Below are positions 33,601 to 43,280 of a stretch of DNA of 43,281 nt, piece after piece. Origin of the DNA: a virus (taxonomy: Duplodnaviria; Caudoviricetes); IMG/VR virus record IMGVR_UViG_3300028025_004089, positions 1 through 43,281 of that record; one strand, 5' to 3'. Below the pieces are notes generated by a model that was given only the letters and a program-made list of their open reading frames with translations, did not search any database and was not told the origin of the DNA. The translations under genes were made by a program, and so were the position numbers. The stretch's first letter is position 1, and each line of letters opens with the position of its first letter.

Positions 33601-36600
33601 AACATCTTCTGCCGTCAATTTACCCATAAAAGGGTTTTCTATGCGCAAGAACACAGGCATGATGTTGGGCGTGTCGTCTCCGGCAAACCCCTGCGCCGTG
33701 CCCGCATCGCCAAAGTAGAAACCGTTGCCGTGATACTTCCCGCTCACAGCTTTAGCGGTGTCGGAAAAAGTGTCAAAGTCCGCGCCGGTGCCGTGATAAA
33801 CCACCAGTGGCTTGCCTTGCGCGTCTACCACTTTGCTGTTGCCAAACCAGTTTTTAAACGCTTTTGTGTCTACGGGCCTGCCCTCAACGACAAACCTGCG
33901 GGCGTTGGCAATGATCTGGTTGACCTGTGCGTCAGTGACGGTATCCTTGAATCCCAAGGTGTCGCGTATCCACTTCTTCACAGTGTCGTAAATCTTGCGC
34001 ATGGCGCTGCGGGTATCAGGCGCGTTGGGGTCCAGCTCGGCTTGCTCAGCCAGCGCTTCTTCCACGGCGGTGTTCTGATCCAACGACTTGATCTGCTTCA
34101 TCTTGGCGTTGGCAGCTTTGCGAATAGCTGCGTTGCCGTTGTAGATGTCGGCCATAGTCTTGGCGTAGGTGTCGCCAAGGATAGACTGCAAGCCAAAGTG
34201 ACCGGCAATTTCATGCACCGTGGTCAGGATCACATCGTTGACGCTGCGCAAGTTGGATGCAACCAAGTACACCTTCTTGCTCTTTGGGTCATACAGTCCG
34301 GGAATCTTGCCGGTCATGTTGTCGCGCTCTGCCTGACTGCGGATACGCGCAGGCAGCCCCGTCTCGTCAGCCACAACAATCGTCTGCGGTTTGTTTACCC
34401 AACCCGCAGTCAGTGTATCAAAGGCCTTTTGCACCTGAGCCACGCTCATGCTGGGGCCGGTTGTCTTGGAGACACGGTACAGGGCGTCTTGATCAAACTC
34501 ATCAACGACGTCGGAAATACCCATATCGAAACCGCTGACCGTAGTGCCACCTTCAACAGCAGGTGCACGAAGGGATGCGTACTCCAGCATTTCCGCCTGC
34601 ATCTTCGTGCCTTCGGCTTTAGCCAACAAGCGTTGTTTGATGCCCAGCTCTTCCCGAATAGTGGCAAGCCGGTCACGGGTAACCACCGGTATTCTTAATG
34701 GGTCTTTGGCTAAATCAACAGACGCTTGCAAAGCGTCGCGTTCGCTTTCTAGCGTTGCTATTTGGCTACGGTACATCGACACGTTGGAATCCACTGCTGC
34801 CAAAACTGCTGCACGTGTTTTAACGTCTTGGTCGGCAAACTCGTCGGCCAAATCTGTCGGTGTTTTTGCAGCAATCAAGCGCTCAGCAAATGCGTTGGCA
34901 TCTTTCACAGCCTGCGTGGTTGTCGGCAACGCAACGGTGCGAGTCTCCACGATCGGGCGACGTGATACGCCTTTGTCGGCCTTGGTCTCGGCAGTGCCTG
35001 CGCGGAGTTTGGCAGGGGCACTGGACTCGACCTTGGTCGCCTGCGACACAGCGCCAACTGTTTTAGGAGCCAAGCGATCTACTTCTGCCTGCTGCGTGTT
35101 GACCTTCTCTTGCAGGTCACGAATCTTCTCGGCCCGTTCATCTTGTTTGGCTTTACCACGTGGCTCCTTTGCAGCCTTCATGGCAGCAAGCTGGCCTTCC
35201 ATAGCGCTCAGGCGGTCCTTCGCAAAGCCGTAAGCCTGCACACGCTCAACCTCGGCATCTATCTGCTCTTGCTCCGCAACACCGGCCTTCTTACCTTTGA
35301 CTGTGGTCTGCCCTGTCTTTTTGTCGGTGCGCAAGTCTTTTGTAGCAGCACCTGTGGCAACATCGACACGCTTGATGCCCAGTCGGTTTGAGCGCACCCC
35401 AGTCAGTACCTGCAACTCGCGCTTGTACCGCGCCAATGTTTTGGCCCGGTCCTTGATGGTTTCTGCGGACAGGGGTTTACCTGTCTTGGGGCTGACGGTT
35501 TGCTTCGCCAACTCCTCTTGGTTCTTGATGTTGGCTACCAGCTTGTCGATGCGCTTATCAAGGTCCTGCGTGACTTCAGGATCGCCTGACAACAGCACAC
35601 GGGCACGATTCTCGGCCACCAACTTGCGTGTCTTGGCCTTTTCGTAGTTACCCAAAGACGACTGCAACGCGGACACTCTGTCGTTTCCGTCTTTTATTTT
35701 TTTGTTTAGTGCGGCTACACGGTCCGGGGATGTTTCACCCACCAGCTGTTCTTCAGCAACGGCAACTTGAATCTGCATCTCTTCGATGCCACGCTCAATG
35801 TCCTTGATGTCCGCATCAATTCGGTCTGAATCTTTGGTGGACGCACGCAGCAACTCCAGCATCTCTTGGCGCTTGGAAAAGTCAATACGCTGACCGGGCA
35901 AAGCTGCCAGTGCAGCAGTGCTTGCCTGAAATGCCTCCAGCTTTTGCTTGTCTTCGGTTGTCTTGGCATCGCGCTCGGCTTTGGACAGCGGCTCAATCTT
36001 GATACTCTCAAGCGCTGCAGCAAGCGGGGCTTCTTGTTTGGCCGTTGTTGGCTGTAAAACCTGCTGCGCACGGCCCAGTTGTTTTTCCGCAGTCTGGATG
36101 TCACGCTCAACGCCTGCAATCTGGGCGTCAATGTCGCCTGCTTCTTTATCGACCACGCCTTTGATTGACAACGCAGCAGCCAGCTCTTGCTGCGCCTGTT
36201 TGATTTCTTTTTGGTTTTTGCGGCTACGCTTCTGCGTGGCAGCGGCCTGCTCCAACGCCAACCCGGCGTTCAGTAAAGCCTGCGCGTCTTGATCCAAAAC
36301 TTTCTCTTCGGCTTGCAACTGCATCTGCAAGTTTAGATCGGCGTTTAAAAACGCCAAGATTGTGTCATCAGCGCCAGCTTTGCGGCTGGCCGCAATCTGT
36401 TTCTCAATTGCTGTGATGATGCCGCGACGCGCTGTACGCAGCGCAGAAAAGTTTTGTTTTGTTACAGGTTGCTCAACGGCAGTAGCGTACGCGTTCTTGG
36501 CGGTGGCCGTCTTCTGCGCTGCTGCAACCAGTTCGGTATCCGTGCTTTGGAAAGCAGCAAGGTTGTCGGCAATCTTCTGGCCAATGTCCGCAACAGTTTG

Positions 36601-39600
36601 CGCAGTAAAGTCAAACTGCTGGCGAGCCTGCATGTACTCTGTTTGCAAGTCCAACAATTCAGCGTCGAGGCGGTCGTAGATTTTCTTCAGGTTTGCTTCA
36701 GCCGTGTTGAGCAAGTCCTTGGCCGTGTTGGACTCAACGCCGCGCTGCGCTTGCAGTGCTTTCTTGCGCTCTTCTAAGTTGGCAAGCTGCTTGGTGATGC
36801 CGTCGATACGCTTTTGGAACAGCCCCAGACGGGCGTGCATGCGACTGGCGGTGTCTTTGCCCATGCCCAACGCCTGACGCACAAGTTTGAGCGCGTCACT
36901 GGCCAAGTATTTCTGGAACTCTGCGGCTGTTGCAAACGCGGTGGACTTCTTTGCCGGGGCTTGCATCTCACCGGGAGCACCAAAAGTTGCTTTGCCGCCT
37001 TCTACAGTTGTCGGAGATGCGCCTCGTACCGTTTTAGGCATGAACCGTCCGGGCAGCTCTTGCTGGCCACTCTCTTGCAGTTTGCCTTCTTCCAATCGCG
37101 CCAGCTCATTTTGCAAGTCGCGGGTCATCTCGGGGGATGGGCGGCCTGTGGTTGTTGCGCGGTTAAGCCACTCGCCCGCCATGTTGAGGCGTTCTGGGCT
37201 GGCGCTGAATGCTTTGAGATTGTCGGCAATCTGCTCCAGTACCGACAGGGTTTGCGGGTCGTAGCGCTCACGTTGCGCAAAGGCGCGATCCAGTTGGCCG
37301 CGCAACATGTCGGCACTGGTTGTTTTGGGTGTGGCAACCTTTGTAGCGGTCTCACCACGTTCTGTGCCGCCGCGCCACTTCTGGCTGATGGCGTCAAGCC
37401 GAGCGTTGGTGTATGTCAGCACTTCAGGGGTTGCCCCGTACCGTGCAAGGGTGCCGAGCTCGCTTCGTACGTCCTGTTCAATCTCAGTCAGGGTTTCGGG
37501 GCGTAGGTCAGGGCGAGCAGAGCGAATCTCGTCAACTATGCTGGCAGCTACAGCCTCTTGTGCGCCTTCTTCTTTGTTGGCCACCTTTGTGAGCGCGGCT
37601 TGCCGTGCTGCTTCTGCCTCACGCTTGGCTTCCAGCGATGTTGGGAACTGGCCGAGTTGTTCTTGAATGCCTGCTGTTTCTTGGCCAAGTCCACCAATAG
37701 TGGATTCCGATGCGCGGTCTTGCAGGTCCCGAATCTGTTCTGTTAGATCACGAATTGTTTCGCGGTACTGTGCACCGCCTTGTACGTTCCGTTGCGCATA
37801 AGCAATCTCCAGCTGGCGCTGCAAGTCAGCCAACTTCTGCCCCACATTCCTGCGATCCGTTACGCCTGCAGCTTGGCCAACACGCTGTTCACCAAAGAGT
37901 TCTCCCTGCTGAATAGCTTCCCGAGGCATGGCCGCTTGGCGCTCTGTAAAGGCAATGTCCGAGTCGGTCACGCCTTGACGGCGGTCGGTGTCCAGCGCCT
38001 CGGCCTGCTCCATGAAAGCAGCCATAGGGTCGGTGGTGGGCTTGCCGACGGTCTGCGCTTGAAGTTCCGCCTGACGTGCAGCCAGCTCTTCTTTACCCAT
38101 TGCCTTGAGGCGTTGGGCCACTTCTTTACGGATCAGGTTGCTCTCACTGGATGACAGACCGGGCAGCGGTGTGCGGGTCTCAATTACCAACGAGGCCTTG
38201 TACGGGTCTTGCAGCAGGTAGTCAACGTAGTCTTGCCCTGACGGCTCATACATCTGGGTACGGGCCAGCTCCATGCGCTCGGCGGCATACGCGGCAGGCA
38301 CTGCGGCAACGCGGGCGCTCTCTGCTTCTTCGGCTTTACGGCGCTCAACATTGGGCACCAACGGGTCTTGGAACGCAAGGCCCGACTCTTCGTACGTCAG
38401 GTCTTCTGCGGGCGTTGTTGTTTTGCGGTCACGCACTTCACCCGTACGCTCCAGCATGTAGTCCATAGGAGACATACCTGCCACACGCTCTTGCTCCAGC
38501 GCCTGCTGGTACAGGCCGCTTTGAATTAAACGGTTTTTCTCAGGGGCCAGCGCATCCCGCTCTGCTGCATTTTTCTTCAGTTGCGCTTGTATTTCTTTGT
38601 TGTGCGCTTTGTCTTCAGCTTCGGTCAGCGAGTCTTTGGAAACACTACGAACTTGCTTTTGCAAGTCCAGCTTCTCTTGCTCAAGGGTCTTAAGCTGGTT
38701 GGCGATCTGCAACGCATATTCAGGCGTTTGCTTTTCAGCTGCTTCTTTCTCAGCGGTAATGCGTTCTTGCTCAGCGGCTTCTTTGGCTGCCACGTTGCGT
38801 TCTTCCCTATCAGCTTTTGCTGCCTGTGACTTGGCTCCGCTGCGCTCGACGGCACGACCAATGGGAGCAAGAGTGCCGCCTAGTACTGCGCCTCCGATGA
38901 AGCTGTCGATGTACTCTTTGCGGGCGTCTGCGTCTGTGATGTTCAACCCAGCTTGCAAGCGCTCCAGCACCTGTTGCGTAGCTTCGGTCACGCCTTCCCG
39001 TCCTGCGGTTACGCCTGTCTTAGCGGTGTAGTCCAAGACGGTTTTGCCCAGCGTCTGGTTGGCAAGAGCCCGCGCTTGCTCGGTTGTCAGCTTGGAGCCC
39101 ACGGAGCCGAACAGTTTGCCAATACCGGGAACAAGCGCCATGGCTGCAGTGTCAAGCAGTGCTTGCGGAACGGCTGCGGCCGCAGCTTTACCGAGGCTGG
39201 CCTGCTCAAGAGTCTTGCCGGTATCTACCTGAGCGCCAAGGTTGGAAGCCGTAAACTGCCCTGCGGACGCAGCCCCTGCGCCCAGCAAACCCAAGCCCGC
39301 AGCAACCGGCACCGATACTGGCGCAGCCAAAGCGGCAAGACCTGCAGCAGCAGGGAGGGCCATGGACGGCAGCGATCCGCCAAGAAGTTCTCGGAACTTC
39401 AGGAACGGAGATTCAGCAAAACTGTCTTCGGTGGGGGTGAAGCGTGCGGCAGCTTTGGCTTGCGCGGCTTCGTATTCTTTCTGCGCTTCGGCCTCGCTCT
39501 TGAGGCCCAGTTTGCCTTTTAGCAGCTCGGCCTGTCCACCCAAACGGGTAAGCCCCGCAGAGAACGCAGCTTTACCGCCCGTGGTGTCTTGCTTGGGACC

Positions 39601-39726
39601 TGCTGCTACAGGTGCCCCGAACGCGTCGGGGTACATCTGCTTGGCTACAGACAGTGCCTGTTCCTTACTCTCGCCCTCTTTGACAGGAAAGAAAGCACCG
39701 TTTGGGAGTTGGATTTTGTCAGCCAT
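30634..39726 (-). CDS. Giant polyvalent internal virion/ejection protein (coiled coils, zincin-like domain, ADP-ribosyltransferase-like domain, LPD38-like C-terminus)
   Basis: ~3,030 aa; HEIAGHFGL near 34190-34215; FKNWFGNSKVVD...VYHGT...GFYF...EFVVFEPNQIKS at 33331-33870; C-terminal IPFFNA-IQG, LPIPFEAG and SPIQIEH-VRGYFG motifs; ATG 39726 chosen. Confidence 0.85.
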   Translation of the reverse strand: MADKIQLPNGAFFPVKEGESKEQALSVAKQMYPDAFGAPVAAGPKQDTTGGKAAFSAGLTRLGGQAELLKGKLGLKSEAEAQKEYEAAQAKAAARFTPTEDSFAESPFLKFRELLGGSLPSMALPAAAGLAALAAPVSVPVAAGLGLLGAGAASAGQFTASNLGAQVDTGKTLEQASLGKAAAAAVPQALLDTAAMALVPGIGKLFGSVGSKLTTEQARALANQTLGKTVLDYTAKTGVTAGREGVTEATQQVLERLQAGLNITDADARKEYIDSFIGGAVLGGTLAPIGRAVERSGAKSQAAKADREERNVAAKEAAEQERITAEKEAAEKQTPEYALQIANQLKTLEQEKLDLQKQVRSVSKDSLTEAEDKAHNKEIQAQLKKNAAERDALAPEKNRLIQSGLYQQALEQERVAGMSPMDYMLERTGEVRDRKTTTPAEDLTYEESGLAFQDPLVPNVERRKAEEAESARVAAVPAAYAAERMELARTQMYEPSGQDYVDYLLQDPYKASLVIETRTPLPGLSSSESNLIRKEVAQRLKAMGKEELAARQAELQAQTVGKPTTDPMAAFMEQAEALDTDRRQGVTDSDIAFTERQAAMPREAIQQGELFGEQRVGQAAGVTDRRNVGQKLADLQRQLEIAYAQRNVQGGAQYRETIRDLTEQIRDLQDRASESTIGGLGQETAGIQEQLGQFPTSLEAKREAEAARQAALTKVANKEEGAQEAVAASIVDEIRSARPDLRPETLTEIEQDVRSELGTLARYGATPEVLTYTNARLDAISQKWRGGTERGETATKVATPKTTSADMLRGQLDRAFAQRERYDPQTLSVLEQIADNLKAFSASPERLNMAGEWLNRATTTGRPSPEMTRDLQNELARLEEGKLQESGQQELPGRFMPKTVRGASPTTVEGGKATFGAPGEMQAPAKKSTAFATAAEFQKYLASDALKLVRQALGMGKDTASRMHARLGLFQKRIDGITKQLANLEERKKALQAQRGVESNTAKDLLNTAEANLKKIYDRLDAELLDLQTEYMQARQQFDFTAQTVADIGQKIADNLAAFQSTDTELVAAAQKTATAKNAYATAVEQPVTKQNFSALRTARRGIITAIEKQIAASRKAGADDTILAFLNADLNLQMQLQAEEKVLDQDAQALLNAGLALEQAAATQKRSRKNQKEIKQAQQELAAALSIKGVVDKEAGDIDAQIAGVERDIQTAEKQLGRAQQVLQPTTAKQEAPLAAALESIKIEPLSKAERDAKTTEDKQKLEAFQASTAALAALPGQRIDFSKRQEMLELLRASTKDSDRIDADIKDIERGIEEMQIQVAVAEEQLVGETSPDRVAALNKKIKDGNDRVSALQSSLGNYEKAKTRKLVAENRARVLLSGDPEVTQDLDKRIDKLVANIKNQEELAKQTVSPKTGKPLSAETIKDRAKTLARYKRELQVLTGVRSNRLGIKRVDVATGAATKDLRTDKKTGQTTVKGKKAGVAEQEQIDAEVERVQAYGFAKDRLSAMEGQLAAMKAAKEPRGKAKQDERAEKIRDLQEKVNTQQAEVDRLAPKTVGAVSQATKVESSAPAKLRAGTAETKADKGVSRRPIVETRTVALPTTTQAVKDANAFAERLIAAKTPTDLADEFADQDVKTRAAVLAAVDSNVSMYRSQIATLESERDALQASVDLAKDPLRIPVVTRDRLATIREELGIKQRLLAKAEGTKMQAEMLEYASLRAPAVEGGTTVSGFDMGISDVVDEFDQDALYRVSKTTGPSMSVAQVQKAFDTLTAGWVNKPQTIVVADETGLPARIRSQAERDNMTGKIPGLYDPKSKKVYLVASNLRSVNDVILTTVHEIAGHFGLQSILGDTYAKTMADIYNGNAAIRKAANAKMKQIKSLDQNTAVEEALAEQAELDPNAPDTRSAMRKIYDTVKKWIRDTLGFKDTVTDAQVNQIIANARRFVVEGRPVDTKAFKNWFGNSKVVDAQGKPLVVYHGTGADFDTFSDTAKAVSGKYHGNGFYFGDAGTAQGFAGDDTPNIMPVFLRIENPFMGKLTAEDVATLRKELPGFSKLYDTATAEYEVAAIPSIERLAVLSGDRNAYIQKALKAAGYDGRIVLAGATDSLTDPETEFVVFEPNQIKSAIGNRGTFSMGSGNITYRSKAATAPADALEALSKKIIAQPKTLREKAGSNLALQAEMQAVDMRAGLRETLKFGDDTLFTQAMYHVRKAEQKMAQMFTVMNSGPLVAYKDEKGLVGYRSSNQNSAREVFDAIADIPVDNPQLKTDLAQTYLVAVRANNKGLPKLDLGAMELKQSDLDAALAAADANPALKAALENVRRKYSAYNKGMIEFLASTGRISKKEAADLLKEGDYVPFYRVDKDGNADLVFNNNVTFNVGDIRRQPYLAELKGGDTKLLPLNEAIQRNTLLLTDMALTNNAAKSVAYGLQALGKGRGPADPKTGKPSNLMAIKPGFGPDDAKVIRFYQEPDPSKPDDDGKRHIVVNTKGTLAEGIPAELVVQSMEGASLALPGFFKLGGIAADWLRAGVTRTPLYIARKLLREPMAASFTGGLESNAFSSVFKAGAEYLRMSTGSSDMQAKLIEKGLIQSNIFAGDMSDMKKMALQLASGKDQGALEKVFAAADRYAMRADAATLALVLKNAEAQGLSEVEADMATMESMNFYKRGLSPTLQYASRLIPFFNAQIQGLNVLVKAARGNMPFEEQQQIKRKFYNNALLLTFTGMAYALAMEDDETFRNARPRDKYSNFFMPIPGVDEPLKLPIPFEAGYFFSLAVAAVDSMRAETDGKAQWQAIRDLFLGSIPGYSSMGIPQIAKPALEVWTNKNFLTGGPVESLRLQGMNTEERYLATTTELAKQMSKAVPILSPIQIEHIVRGYFGVLPLAAVAAANGLFEREGKGEKPESRASDLPLVGTAFQKKYGGGDSDVVFREAKEAEQTRNTLNKMIKEGRREEAMEFRDANQAELALSSVAGQYRQVVGRINEDIRRTQERTDLNAQEKRIRLDALEKAKQDRADAFLKTKRAIEDRVQGGKT

Positions 39727-39795
39727 AGCAGTTCTCAAATTGTGATCGGGTGGCGCGACCCCGAATGTTTAAGCGCCTGCCTATTATGGCAAAGA

Positions 39796-41451
39796 TCAGC
39801 GCGGCAGCATAGCCCCAAACTGACCTGCGTAAGCCCCCATCGACATGGGCGGGGTCAAGCCTTCCTTACCCGCAAACGCCTTGAGGTAGTCTGCGTACGA
39901 CGAGCGCACATCAAACTTGTCACCTTTGGCCAGCTTGAACGCTTCCAACGCTTTAACGGCGTCGTTTTCGTTCTTCTTCAACAACTGGTCGAACAAAATC
40001 CGATCCGGCGTGTTAAGCGTAGCGGCAATCTGCGCGGCAGACCGTGCGTTCGCCCCAATCTCGCCTGTAGCAGCAATCTTTTCGGAAGACGCAATCTTCT
40101 TGTCGGTTTCCAACGCACCTGCGGCCGCGCCAAAGATAGCTGTGACGTTCTTCTGCTTGATCCCCAAATCGGATACCAAGCCGTTGTACAGCAACTCTTG
40201 GCCTTTGAGTTTGGACTCGCGGGCGTCTTTCTCTGCCGCACGAATGTCTTTGGCGTTCATGTCGTCGCGGTTAATGCGCAGGTCGTCCAGACGATCGCGG
40301 GCCTCGGCAAACTTGGACTTAGCGGCTTCGATCTTGTCCAGACCTGCGGCATATCTCTCACTGCCAACCTGCACGCCTTTGCCCAGCGCAGCGCCAAGAC
40401 CTCCGGGAGTGGACATCATGGCGGCACCTGCTTGCAGCAGTGCCAGCCCCATGTTCTTGTCGCCCATGCCTTCCAAACCTTTTTCCTGTTTGGCGAGGCG
40501 CTCTTCACGGCCTTTGTACACGTCGCCGCGCTTCTCAATATCCGCTTTGGTTGCGGCCAAGTTTTGCTCGGTCAGGTCCTTGATACCGGCAACTAGCCCG
40601 GCACGGGCGTTGCGCAACCCGCCAACTTCTTGGTCAATTGCGCCAAAGTATTTTTGCTGCAACGCGTCAATGTCGGTTGGGCCTGTACCTGCCTTTGCTG
40701 CGGCCGCAGCGCCAAGCCCTGCATCTGGAGTTGCGACGGGAGCTTTGCGGCCAGTATTGGGTTTGGGCGCGGCACCGCTGGTGCTGGCAGGTGCTGAAGA
40801 CGGAGTGTTCAGTCGAGGGTCATACAACATGCCCGGACGCGTGTAGCCCGGCTCGGGCATAGTCCCGCTTCTTGCAGGAGCCCCAACGGGCGTAGTAGCT
40901 AACTGGGCAAGTTCGGCCTTACCTTCGGCTTCGCGCTCGGGGCTTCCAAACAAGTAGTTGGCAAAACTTGTTTTTTGTCGGGCGGCAAGTTCGTCTTGAC
41001 GGCGCTGCGCCATTTCTTTTTCTCGCTGCGCTTTGATAGCGTCTTCTTCCCGAATACGTTGCTGATACGCTGTGTACCGTGCAGGCACCGACATAATATC
41101 TTGGACGAACTGAGACTGCGAACCATTAAAGCGCTCAACATCACCGCCGTCAGCAAACGCAATGATGCCGCCATCGGCAAAGTTCATGTCGCCTGCGGGG
41201 AGCTGGCCAATACCCATATCTTCGGGCAGTCGTTGGGGAGCCATCTCGGCCACCATCTGGTCAACCACCTTGGGCTGCTCTTGCACACCCTGTGCGCCCT
41301 GACCAGCAGAGCGCATTTCTTTGCGGCGGTTGGACTCCGACATGGCCAAAGCCATGATGTAGGGGTCGTTCTTGTGCATCTGCGCGTATTGCTGCAGTTG
41401 CTGGTCTGGCAACTTGGCCAGCGTGGAGGTAATTTTATTGACGTCGATCAT
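39796..41451 (-). CDS. Probable internal virion/ejection protein
   Basis: 551 aa, Ala/Gln/Lys-rich helical; FADGGIIAFADGGDV motif; hydrophobic Gly-rich segment MGLALLQAGAAMM; GAGGT SD. Confidence 0.7.
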   Translation of the reverse strand: MIDVNKITSTLAKLPDQQLQQYAQMHKNDPYIMALAMSESNRRKEMRSAGQGAQGVQEQPKVVDQMVAEMAPQRLPEDMGIGQLPAGDMNFADGGIIAFADGGDVERFNGSQSQFVQDIMSVPARYTAYQQRIREEDAIKAQREKEMAQRRQDELAARQKTSFANYLFGSPEREAEGKAELAQLATTPVGAPARSGTMPEPGYTRPGMLYDPRLNTPSSAPASTSGAAPKPNTGRKAPVATPDAGLGAAAAAKAGTGPTDIDALQQKYFGAIDQEVGGLRNARAGLVAGIKDLTEQNLAATKADIEKRGDVYKGREERLAKQEKGLEGMGDKNMGLALLQAGAAMMSTPGGLGAALGKGVQVGSERYAAGLDKIEAAKSKFAEARDRLDDLRINRDDMNAKDIRAAEKDARESKLKGQELLYNGLVSDLGIKQKNVTAIFGAAAGALETDKKIASSEKIAATGEIGANARSAAQIAATLNTPDRILFDQLLKKNENDAVKALEAFKLAKGDKFDVRSSYADYLKAFAGKEGLTPPMSMGAYAGQFGAMLPR

Positions 41452-41459
41452 GGCCTACC

Positions 41460-43280
41460 TCAGATTTTAGACAGGGCCAGCTCAGCCAGACCTGCTGATT
41501 TTTTCTTTACTGCTCCGCCTTTGGCCAACTTGCTTGCGCCATACAGCGCAGTGCCTGCGCCAACAAGCTGCTGTCCAATACCGGGCTGAGGTTGGTACAT
41601 GGACTGTACCGTACCCATTGGCGTGCCGCGCAGGATGTTGGACATGAACTCCAGCTGCTGATACGGATAGCGTTGCTGGGCTGCAAAGTTTTGGGCTTCG
41701 GCGTTGATGAGTGCCTGTTGTTGCGCCTGTTGCTGACCACCAAACTGGTTTTGCAAACCGAGGATGTCTTTTTGCTGGCCAAACTGCTGGCCACCAAGCT
41801 GGCCCAACTGACCCGCACCAGTCATAGCTGTCTGCAAACCCTGAATGCCCAGACCCGCACCGTACTGGCGCGACTGCTCGCCCAACTGCTGCGCAGCTTG
41901 ACCGTACTGAGCGCCCTGCGCTGCTTGCTGGGCTGCTTGGCTGGATGCAAATTGGCGTGAGGCCTCTTGGGCTTGTTGCGCCGACATCCCATACTGCGCT
42001 TGCAACTGAGCGGCGGTCATGCCTTGGCCTGCGCCAAACTGGCGAGACTGCTCCCGCATACGCTGCGCTTCGAGGTTTTGCTGCTGGTTGGCCAGTTGCG
42101 CTTGCATGTTCTGCCCAGCGCCAAGCTGCTGGACACCAAGGTTGGCTGCAAGGTTTTGCTGCCCCGTAGTGAGTCCGGCTTGCTGGTTGGCCAAAGCCGC
42201 TTGCATTGCTTGCTGGGCATTCATGCCCATGGCTTGGTTCTGCGCGGCTTGGTTCTGCACGTTAGCTTGCTGCTGACTGGACAGGTTGGCCAGCGATGTC
42301 TGCAATCCAATTTGGCCTGCGCCAAGTTGTTGCGTACCAATCTGCGAAGCAAGGTTTTGCTGCCCCACGGTGAGGCCTGCCTGTTGGTTGGCTTGCTGCG
42401 CCGCAAGGCGTGCTTGCTGCTCTGCGTTGAACTGTCCCTGTGCTTGTTGAAATGCGGCCTGCAGACCTGTGGCTTGGATGTCACCCTTTTGCTGCGCCAG
42501 ATTACGGGCAGCTTCGGCCTCCATGATGGCTTGGCGGCTACCGCCAAACGCACCAGACTTAACCGCCGCAGCGCCGCGCTGAGTACCAGCAATGTCTGCT
42601 TGACGTTGTGCTTCGCGCTGTTGTATGCCCACAACACTTTGCATGTACGGCGACATGTACGCATCGGCCGAGCCGGGCTGTGCAAAAGATTGTGTTTCTA
42701 CGCGCTCTGCGGGCCCCATCTGAAATGTTTGCAGCTGGGGGTTGTAGCCGGTTTGGGCAGCGCCCATCGTAGCTGCATCGTAGCCCTGCGAACGAACGTC
42801 GGCAGGAGCCTGCATCTGGTAGTTCTGGAGGTCCTGCGCTTGCACGCGATCCGCACCAAACTGCCCTGACTGGTACTGGCCGGGCGCTTGGAACTGGTTT
42901 TGAAACTCACCAGACTGGTAAGGGTCGAAGCCGTAGTATTGGTTTTGGAACTGGCCGGGGTTGTAGCCTGTATTCAACGCACGCTGCGACGCAGCCGCCA
43001 TCAAGCCGCTGGCCATCCCCAATTGGGGAGAAGTCTGCAAGTTGCCTGCGCCTTCATAAGCCTTCGTCTGCAGTGGGTCCTGTCCGGCAACTACTTTGCT
43101 GGGGTCAAAACCTACTTGCTTACCCGACGCATCCTTGATGCCGCCAAAAGATTGGAATGGGTTTTTGTTGATGTCAGTCACAGCTTCAGTGAGGCCCAAC
43201 TGTTTCTGCGCTGTAGGTTTGGCCCACTCAGGCAGGTCAACAACTTGGGTACTTGTACCGCCGCCACCCCCGCCACTACC
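41460..43280 (-). CDS. Gln/Ala/Gly-rich probable DNA-pilot/ejection protein, 5' end outside the window
   Basis: Frame stays open past the track start at 43199 to the edge (GSGGGGGGTSTQVVDLPEWAKP...); YMSPY...GAFGGSR motif and repeated ANQQ units. Confidence 0.75.
   Translation of the reverse strand, partial: GSGGGGGGTSTQVVDLPEWAKPTAQKQLGLTEAVTDINKNPFQSFGGIKDASGKQVGFDPSKVVAGQDPLQTKAYEGAGNLQTSPQLGMASGLMAAASQRALNTGYNPGQFQNQYYGFDPYQSGEFQNQFQAPGQYQSGQFGADRVQAQDLQNYQMQAPADVRSQGYDAATMGAAQTGYNPQLQTFQMGPAERVETQSFAQPGSADAYMSPYMQSVVGIQQREAQRQADIAGTQRGAAAVKSGAFGGSRQAIMEAEAARNLAQQKGDIQATGLQAAFQQAQGQFNAEQQARLAAQQANQQAGLTVGQQNLASQIGTQQLGAGQIGLQTSLANLSSQQQANVQNQAAQNQAMGMNAQQAMQAALANQQAGLTTGQQNLAANLGVQQLGAGQNMQAQLANQQQNLEAQRMREQSRQFGAGQGMTAAQLQAQYGMSAQQAQEASRQFASSQAAQQAAQGAQYGQAAQQLGEQSRQYGAGLGIQGLQTAMTGAGQLGQLGGQQFGQQKDILGLQNQFGGQQQAQQQALINAEAQNFAAQQRYPYQQLEFMSNILRGTPMGTVQSMYQPQPGIGQQLVGAGTALYGASKLAKGGAVKKKSAGLAELALSKI

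Noticed and set aside
30634-39726. Giant protein as an N4-type virion RNA polymerase
   Set aside because: I found no RNA polymerase catalytic motifs; the recognisable motifs are those of polyvalent proteins
39745-39795. Extended -10 (TGcCATAAT) and small hairpin upstream of the giant gene
   Set aside because: Plausible internal promoter, but the -35 is poor and the hairpin short, so support is too weak to list
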